In this document: piece by piece, positions 58,430-64,000 of the stretch | Layout of the letters: each line of letters begins with the position of its first letter | Position numbering within the stretch: position 1 is the first letter of the stretch | Origin: an uncultured virus (IMG/VR IMGVR_UViG_3300025889_000096) | Taxonomy: Duplodnaviria > Heunggongvirae > Uroviricota > Caudoviricetes | Reading direction: 5' to 3' (one strand) | Length of the DNA: 64,000 nt | Virus record (IMG/VR): IMGVR_UViG_3300025889_000096 | The notes under the pieces: model-generated | What the model saw: the letters and a program-made list of their open reading frames with translations, nothing else | What the model was told of the DNA's origin: nothing | The model's database searches: none | Translations under genes and position numbers: made by a program

Positions 58430-58601
58430 AATAAGTGTTAGTGTTTCCGTAGTTTAGATAATACCAGAACAAGTTTCTCATTCTTTCTCCATTAGGATAT
58501 CCATCAAGATGGTTCCACATATGATTTCTCCAAGAATACACACAATACTCAAAGAGATGAATAGAAGTCCAGATATTCCATTTCTTCCAGGTGTCAGTCA
58601 T
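58422..58601 (-). CDS. Trp/Tyr-rich hypothetical protein (59 aa)
   Basis: Translated by hand, MTDTWKKWNIWTSIHLFEYC...; 8-nt overlaps with both neighbours. Confidence 0.65.
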   Translation of the reverse strand: MTDTWKKWNIWTSIHLFEYCVYSWRNHMWNHLDGYPNGERMRNLFWYYLNYGNTNTYYD

Positions 58602-58905
58602 TTGCCTCCAGTTTACCGATAAGAGTTTTCAATTCAGCAATCGTGTTACGGTTCCACAGGTTACGATTTCGTTTCACAGCAATAGTGTACTCGTCTTCTG
58701 GGTCATCATACCACAGTTTGTTCTGCCATTCCTCATCAAGAGTAGGATCCAAACACTCAAGATCACCAAGAAGTTCAAAGATTTCATCGGCAATAAGTTC
58801 TTCATCAATTTTATTCATTATCGATTGCTTGACTTGAAGATGATTTCTTCGAAGAACATCATAAAGATGACGGAGTTCTTCTCTGGTAAATGTGATTTCA
58901 ATCAT
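58594..58905 (-). CDS. Hypothetical protein
   Basis: 103-aa ORF, ATGA-coupled. Confidence 0.75.
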   Translation of the reverse strand: MIEITFTREELRHLYDVLRRNHLQVKQSIMNKIDEELIADEIFELLGDLECLDPTLDEEWQNKLWYDDPEDEYTIAVKRNRNLWNRNTIAELKTLIGKLEAND

Positions 58906-59156
58906 TTTAGTTCCTCTTCAATCCTTTCAATCTCAAAGACTTCGTTTAGAAACTCCAAACCATACTTACCAACAACCCAAGCATCTTTATCCTCAAAGAA
59001 CCTATTACCTATGGTTCTCATATCGTATCCCTCTTTGTTTTTATCAAAGAAAGCAACGACACAACAAGTTTCACCATGAGTTTGAGGATACCACTTGACA
59101 AGTTCATACTTGTTGTTACATTTGCTCCAACGGAACTCTATGTTACGGAACCTCAT
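58902..59156 (-). CDS. Hypothetical protein
   Basis: 84-aa ORF. Confidence 0.75.
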   Translation of the reverse strand: MRFRNIEFRWSKCNNKYELVKWYPQTHGETCCVVAFFDKNKEGYDMRTIGNRFFEDKDAWVVGKYGLEFLNEVFEIERIEEELK

Positions 59157-59245
59157 TCTTCTACTCCATATTCAGTGGTAATACTATCAATCACATAATC
59201 TCCGCAAGCAATCAGAAGATTAGCAGTTACCAACAAACTTCATAA

Positions 59246-59494
59246 TCAGTAGTGTGCCTCAGAGGTGTCAAGAACTTCGCTGTACTTAGCGATACCATCA
59301 TAGCAACGCTTTGCCATTTCAGAGTCACCGTCAGCGATGTAACCTTTCAGAAACTCAAAGCAGTATTTGATACGCTGCTCAGGAGTAACTTTAGCGAGTT
59401 GTTGTTGCTTACGCTCGTAAGCGGCGTTGTAGGCAAACATCTCACGATCTTCGAGGGAGATGTTGTGAAACTTGCGGTTGGTAGTGTTGCTCAT
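59246..59494 (-). CDS. Hypothetical protein
   Basis: ATG in repeat copy 8. Confidence 0.75.
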   Translation of the reverse strand: MSNTTNRKFHNISLEDREMFAYNAAYERKQQQLAKVTPEQRIKYCFEFLKGYIADGDSEMAKRCYDGIAKYSEVLDTSEAHY

Positions 59495-59527
59495 ACTACT
59501 GGGACACTTTGGAGGTGAGTAACTTTA
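59492..59527 (-). repeat. 36-bp dispersed repeat, copy 8 (1 mismatch)
   Basis: Supplies TAA and ATG. Confidence 0.97.
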
Positions 59528-59836
59528 ATCCTGCGAACCATACCAGACAAGAAACCCAAGGATTGCAGCGGCAGGCACAACAATCCACCAGTATTCTACA
59601 ATCAACCAAATACCAAACAGAATTGCACCTAGGATAAGATAACCACTAACATCACCACCAGAAGATGAATATGAACCACCAGATCTTACCTTTCTCAAGT
59701 TGATAATCTGTTCTGCTCCATAGATTCTCTCAAACTGCTCTTTTGCACCATTAAGTGTGTTGGATTGAACTTCCAGTTCTTGATAACCAGAGGAAGAACC
59801 TAACCAACACTTTGCACGATAAGTTGCCATTACCAA
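59525..59836 (-). CDS. Membrane protein with two C-terminal hydrophobic segments
   Basis: GYLILGAILFGIWLIVEYWWIVVPAAAILGFLVW after a Gly/Ser linker. Confidence 0.8.
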   Translation of the reverse strand: MVMATYRAKCWLGSSSGYQELEVQSNTLNGAKEQFERIYGAEQIINLRKVRSGGSYSSSGGDVSGYLILGAILFGIWLIVEYWWIVVPAAAILGFLVWYGSQD

Positions 59837-60093
59837 GTTCCTCTTTGGATGTGGATTTTGCGAATCTCCTGATAAAGGAACTGACGAAGTTTAGGTTCGG
59901 TAGTGTTATCAAAAGCATAATAAAGACGATTCAAATACTCATCTTGTGTCGCACATTTGACGACTTCAGCATCAGTCACACCAAGTTCATTGAGTGTAGA
60001 ACCTGCCTTAACTTTTGGTTTGCCCCAATTTCCAGTTATGCGACCTTCAGTACGAAGTTTGGGACGAATCTTTGAGAGGTTAGAGTAAGTCAT
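59830..60093 (-). CDS. Hypothetical protein
   Basis: 87-aa basic ORF. Confidence 0.75.
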   Translation of the reverse strand: MTYSNLSKIRPKLRTEGRITGNWGKPKVKAGSTLNELGVTDAEVVKCATQDEYLNRLYYAFDNTTEPKLRQFLYQEIRKIHIQRGTW

Positions 60094-60329
60094 CGTGCTA
60101 CAATGTCAAGAGTTTCCAACAGCATCATAGAAAGTTCCATCTGGTTCTCATCATCAACCACAGGAATGTTCGTCTCTACAAACTCACTAATCAGTTGGGC
60201 AAAGAGTTCAGTTGTGCGTTCATCTGCGAATAGAGCAGTGGCAAGTTCATTCTTGAACCCATCACGCAGAAGTTTGAGAGACTTTGTGACAGTCAGTTCG
60301 TTGATAGTTTCAGTCATTGTGTTGCTCAT
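60090..60329 (-). CDS. Hypothetical protein
   Basis: 79 aa, ATGA-coupled. Confidence 0.75.
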   Translation of the reverse strand: MSNTMTETINELTVTKSLKLLRDGFKNELATALFADERTTELFAQLISEFVETNIPVVDDENQMELSMMLLETLDIVAR

Positions 60330-60760
60330 TTTGCGTACAAATATGAACCGCTCCAGTCTGCGTTCTCCAGCAGATACTCACGATCTTGAATCAATCGCAG
60401 GTCATAACGAACACCTTTGGCAGGAGATTTCCAACTGGAACTCTTGTAGATTTCACCAGTGTTCTTATCAATGAAGCAGTGAACAGAACGATGTCCACCA
60501 CCATCAACAAAGATGACTTTGTGATACTTTTTACCAGTTTCTACTTGATAATCAATGTCACACTTGCCAGACTTGAGTTCATCAATCTTCTGCTGATGAT
60601 ACCCAGGAGTTGCATCAAATCGCTCAACAGAACGCTGATGCCCACGAATAGAATACTGGCGATAGTTGTCTTTCAGTGCTTCAATCAGCAGCAGAGTGTT
60701 CTTATACACGTTCTCTGCGATAGTTTGTTGCGCTTGTGCTTGCATTGTGGTTGTGATCAT
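60326..60760 (-). CDS. Conserved phage protein (GKKY...SVHCFID..TG..YK..SWK.PAKG.RY family)
   Basis: Recognisable motif, function unknown; ATG in repeat copy 9. Confidence 0.85.
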   Translation of the reverse strand: MITTTMQAQAQQTIAENVYKNTLLLIEALKDNYRQYSIRGHQRSVERFDATPGYHQQKIDELKSGKCDIDYQVETGKKYHKVIFVDGGGHRSVHCFIDKNTGEIYKSSSWKSPAKGVRYDLRLIQDREYLLENADWSGSYLYAK

Positions 60761-60793
60761 ACTACTAGGACACTTTGGAGGTGAGTAACTTTA
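60758..60793 (-). repeat. 36-bp dispersed repeat, copy 9
   Basis: Exact consensus; upstream gene stops 1 nt before it. Confidence 0.97.
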
Positions 60794-60794
60794 A

Positions 60795-61715
60795 TCAACT
60801 CCAATTCTTGGGCAGAACGAAGTTGTTGTGAGAGAATACTTCGCGGTCAATGACTTTGAAAGACCCAAACTTGTTGTGAATGACGAAACCTTCGTGGAAG
60901 GAATCTTCACCATTGATAGAACACTCAATGTTGTCCAGTTCGTGAATAAACAGGAACAAATCTTCTTTGATAGACTTCACCAACTTCCACAAACGCAGCA
61001 GGTTGATGTCACAATCACATTTTTCTGCGATTTCATTTTCACAGATGACCCGTTGCTCCCTGATGCAGGAGTTAATCTCTTTTTTGATTTCTGATGCCTT
61101 GCGGTCAGTCACAAACTCACATAGAGTGCTCATTTGCTTGGCAAACTTACACACATCCTCCAAATCTTCACGATAAGGATTCAGTTCAACCTCAGGTTGA
61201 ACAAACAGAACAGTCTTGGTGCTCGCAAACTTGCTGGTGATAGGGTGTGCTATCATCTCTGGCAGTTTATCACCAGTGTAGTAAGTGTGAGGACAAATGA
61301 TAATCTCCTGACGCACAATCTCAGGGAACCTGTAGGTAATGGTGTTGGGTTTGAATGTATCCAACCCTTTACCAAAACCAATCCAATCTCCCTGATACAC
61401 TCGTTTAGTGCGAGGCAAAAACTCCAGGCAATAGATGAGGATTTGGGTTACGCGAGGTTGTCCACCAAAGTGCGTAAAAATGTCATCTTCGGTGTAGCAA
61501 AGGCGAATCTTTTTCTTGTTAAATGCTGCTTTCGTGCAGACAAAAAACTTACCATTCTCAGGATTTGTACCCCAAACAATAGCAGGAGCACCATCCATCT
61601 TGACACTGATGGTAGATTCTACCTCGTGAAACCAATCCAGAACCGACAGATTGCCCGTCAGAATCTCATCTTCAGGATGCTCTAGGTGCTTGTTTTGCAT
61701 TGGTTGCCTTGTCAT
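60795..61715 (-). CDS. Conserved protein (HLEHPED family) with ligase-type nucleotidyltransferase motifs
   Basis: SVKMDG (KxDG), YQGD, HEGFV, FKVIDR. Confidence 0.75.
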   Translation of the reverse strand: MTRQPMQNKHLEHPEDEILTGNLSVLDWFHEVESTISVKMDGAPAIVWGTNPENGKFFVCTKAAFNKKKIRLCYTEDDIFTHFGGQPRVTQILIYCLEFLPRTKRVYQGDWIGFGKGLDTFKPNTITYRFPEIVRQEIIICPHTYYTGDKLPEMIAHPITSKFASTKTVLFVQPEVELNPYREDLEDVCKFAKQMSTLCEFVTDRKASEIKKEINSCIREQRVICENEIAEKCDCDINLLRLWKLVKSIKEDLFLFIHELDNIECSINGEDSFHEGFVIHNKFGSFKVIDREVFSHNNFVLPKNWS

Positions 61716-61748
61716 ACTACTAGGACACTTTGGAGGTGAGTAACTTTA
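61713..61748 (-). repeat. 36-bp dispersed repeat, copy 10
   Basis: Exact consensus. Confidence 0.97.
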
Positions 61749-61756
61749 ATTGCGAC

Positions 61757-61782
61757 AAAAAAAGAGAGGGATAAACCCTCTC
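61757..61782 (-). terminator. Intrinsic terminator
   Basis: GAGAGGG/CCCTCTC stem plus T7 on the minus strand, after the CAAD-like gene. Confidence 0.85.
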
Positions 61783-61786
61783 ACAT

Positions 61787-62077
61787 TCACTCAACAACTT
61801 GATCGTAAGAGTTTTTGACTTTATCAACCAGTGCAGTGCGTTGTTCAGCAGTCAGTAGATTGTTGCGGGTGAAGTTAATAAATGCCACAAGTCCAATGAG
61901 TTGAAGAACACCATTGAACACGGGGATTGCATCAACAACTGCAACAACTTCGTGAATAAGAAGTTGTGAAACAATCACGACAAACAGAATAGCAGTTGTG
62001 AGACCAACATTCTTGAGAAGTTCGTTAGAAACATTCTCATTCACGAAGTTCTTAACCTGTGCGATTTTCTCTTGCAT
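61787..62077 (-). CDS. CAAD/CURT1-like thylakoid membrane protein
   Basis: Two hydrophobic helices around VDAIPVFNGVLQLIGL, then F.R..LL..E.R..L..K amphipathic helix, matching the CAAD pattern as recalled. Confidence 0.75.
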   Translation of the reverse strand: MQEKIAQVKNFVNENVSNELLKNVGLTTAILFVVIVSQLLIHEVVAVVDAIPVFNGVLQLIGLVAFINFTRNNLLTAEQRTALVDKVKNSYDQVVE

Positions 62078-62107
62078 TTGTGATAGATTGTGGAGCGGTG
62101 CGCTCCT

Positions 62108-62143
62108 TACATTACTGGGACACTTTGGAGGTGAGTAACTTTA
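62108..62143 (-). repeat. 36-bp dispersed repeat, copy 11 (4 mismatches, no ATG)
   Basis: Supplies the TAA of the methyltransferase; followed by a GGAGCG/CGCTCC hairpin. Confidence 0.93.
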
Positions 62144-63034
62144 ATTCATTGAAGATATGATAGGATTTGCCTCATCTTCCACGATTACAGTTTCTTCACA
62201 TCGCTTCGTGGCAATGTCAACATAATGCTGAGACAAATCAATACCAACAAAATCCCGCCCAAGACAATGTGCTGCTACACCAGTGCTACCACTACCACAA
62301 AAAGGATCGAGAACAGTAGAACCAACTGGAGAATAGACTTTAATCAGATATGCCATCAAATCCACGGGTTTGACTGTAGGATGATCGTTGTCAGTTCCCT
62401 TCTCTTTGCGTGTGGCACGAGGAGCATAGAAATACTTTTGATGTTCTGAGTGTACCTCACCGATAATGTTGGAAGGATAGCGACCAGCAGGATTTGCGTC
62501 TACTGTACCATACTCTTTGCCACTACCAGTTGTATTACCATCTCGACCAAATGTACGACGCTTGGTACCTTGGGCAACCCAACCTTTAGGAGGTTTCTTG
62601 TCCCAAGGTACGCGGGTGTTCTCTGTATCAATGAGACCACATCCCCACTCTTCAAAGTTACTTTGAAGAGATCCCTTGTATGGTTTTTGTGCCACTACAA
62701 TGGGTTCGTGTGCTGGTTTCAACCGATTAAACTTCGGCATTTTGGTTGTAGTCATCCACATAATCTGGTCTTTGATTGTGAACCCAGCATCCTCAACATT
62801 ACATGCCAGACGATGATACAATTCTGGGGAACAGAAAGCAAGACAAAAGGCACCTGGGCGAAGAGTACGAAACACCTCACGCCAAATGTCTACACTAGGA
62901 ACAGAATGATCCCAATGATCCATACCCATTCCATAAGGAGGATCACTTATACATGAATGGAAAGTATTATCATCATGAGTGGATAGAATCTCTTGACAAT
63001 CTCCAGTTAGAACTTGATAATCATTGGAACTCAT
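62141..63034 (-). CDS. DNA methyltransferase (N6-A/N4-C, beta class)
   Basis: Catalytic DPPY near the N-terminus, HPTVKP, SAM-binding DPFCGSGSTG near the C-terminus. Confidence 0.93.
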   Translation of the reverse strand: MSSNDYQVLTGDCQEILSTHDDNTFHSCISDPPYGMGMDHWDHSVPSVDIWREVFRTLRPGAFCLAFCSPELYHRLACNVEDAGFTIKDQIMWMTTTKMPKFNRLKPAHEPIVVAQKPYKGSLQSNFEEWGCGLIDTENTRVPWDKKPPKGWVAQGTKRRTFGRDGNTTGSGKEYGTVDANPAGRYPSNIIGEVHSEHQKYFYAPRATRKEKGTDNDHPTVKPVDLMAYLIKVYSPVGSTVLDPFCGSGSTGVAAHCLGRDFVGIDLSQHYVDIATKRCEETVIVEDEANPIISSMN

Positions 63035-64000
63035 TATACTTCTCTTTGCCGTTTGCCTGTGCCAACCATTTTACATCAATCGGTTTGATTTGTCCAGCAC
63101 GGTAAGAATCAGCAACCTTACAGCAGTGGTTGATGTAGACTTTGCGCTCACTTTCCATCATTACACGTTGAGAGACGATATTGATTTCAGTTGGTTGAAT
63201 ATCAACACCTTGACCCTGTTCCAGGAAGTAATATGCTTTCATATCAACTTCAGGGTTCTCAAGTTGATGCTCAAACATCCAGAACAACTTACGATAGTGG
63301 TCAGACTTACGACCCCATCCCATAATGAAGTCATGGTCATTCATCTCAACGCCATAGTTTTCGGTGAGATGTTTACGTGCTTTAGTGATGTCGTAAGGTT
63401 CAATAGAGAGTTTGATACCTTCTTCAGCAAGGATTTCAGCAACAAAGTTGCGACGGTCTTTCTTGCGAGTTTCTTTGTATCGAGTGGAAAGAATCTCAAA
63501 GACTGCATCTTCAGTCTTCTCAATTTCACCGTATTTGAAACCAAGTCTAATGATATGTTTCACATCATTAGGAGTGCAATCATTCTTCTTTTCCTTGTTT
63601 GGATTGTTTGCCATCGCACCAAACTGAAGCAGAGAGTATTCACTTTCACCCTCAATCAGAGCACAAGGGAAGTAATTCCAGGGAAGTTCAAAGCGATTGT
63701 TACCATCACGGACAATATACTTGTAGACATTACCCTGATATTCAACGGGAGGATTCAACTCAGACACAGCAGGTTGATAGCAGTGATAATCATAACCACC
63801 ACTCAAGATGCTATCACGAATCTCATTTTGTGTGCCCTTAAACAGTGCTTGGTCAACACGAGTTTGGCAAGGAATATCAAGTTCACGCGCAATCGTGTGC
63901 GACATGACCTCATTTTTGTTAGCAATCATCCATTGCTTGAAAGTGATTCCAGGAGCAGATGTGGTCTTAGTTTTATCATCCCACATCAAGATGCGACCGT
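63021..64000 (-). CDS. Hypothetical protein with ParB/Srx-like DGNNR motif; 5' end probably outside the window
   Basis: YIVRDGNNR; the reading frame stays open from 63989 to the window edge. Confidence 0.6.
   Translation of the reverse strand, partial: GRILMWDDKTKTTSAPGITFKQWMIANKNEVMSHTIARELDIPCQTRVDQALFKGTQNEIRDSILSGGYDYHCYQPAVSELNPPVEYQGNVYKYIVRDGNNRFELPWNYFPCALIEGESEYSLLQFGAMANNPNKEKKNDCTPNDVKHIIRLGFKYGEIEKTEDAVFEILSTRYKETRKKDRRNFVAEILAEEGIKLSIEPYDITKARKHLTENYGVEMNDHDFIMGWGRKSDHYRKLFWMFEHQLENPEVDMKAYYFLEQGQGVDIQPTEINIVSQRVMMESERKVYINHCCKVADSYRAGQIKPIDVKWLAQANGKEKYNEFQ

Noticed and set aside
52809..62143. 36-bp repeats as a CRISPR array
   Set aside because: Repeat length fits, but the intervals are 0.4-2 kb of intact genes rather than 25-45-nt spacers, and no cas gene is present in the window.
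52809..62143. Classical integron attC sites
   Set aside because: The repeats lack the long imperfect palindrome and RYYYAAC/GTTRRRY ends, and no tyrosine integrase is visible. The integron comparison is only an analogy.
876..63841. Numerous plus-strand ORFs of 60-180 aa
   Set aside because: They lie antisense to well-supported minus-strand genes and show no recognisable motifs.
1..64000. tRNA/rRNA genes, introns, inteins
   Set aside because: No cloverleaf or rRNA-like segment was noticed by eye, and core genes (g17, g20, g23, g46, uvsW) are uninterrupted and of normal length. tRNAscan was not run.

Overview
64-kb segment of a T4-like myovirus. Gene order and cyanobacterial-type genes (DUF3110-like, CAAD/CURT1-like) point to a cyanophage. 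Essentially all genes are on the minus strand. About 0.2-49 kb is the conserved core: g46, g47, an EndoVII-type free-standing nuclease, g55, uvsW, uvsY, g3, g23-g13, a VrlC-like virion protein split into two ORFs, g8, a 3990-aa g7-like protein, g6 and g25, with T4-type late promoters (TATAAATA/ATAAATA). About 51.5-64 kb is a more GC-rich, early-type accessory region of small ORFs. Its most striking feature is 11 dispersed, near-identical 36-bp direct repeats (minus strand TAAAGTTACTCACCTCCAAAGTGTCCTAGTAGTATG). These often supply the stop codon of one gene and the ATG of the next, dividing the region into cassette-like units, and they contain an exact copy of the 16S rRNA anti-Shine-Dalgarno core (TCACCTCC). 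Within this region lie an origin-like block (divergent sigma70 promoters, 33-bp tandem repeats, AT-rich tract), an 18-bp perfect hairpin with a late promoter in its loop gating a small RHH-like gene, a CURT1/CAAD-like membrane protein, a ligase-motif protein and a DNA methyltransferase. All product calls come from motif recognition and synteny; no database search was run.
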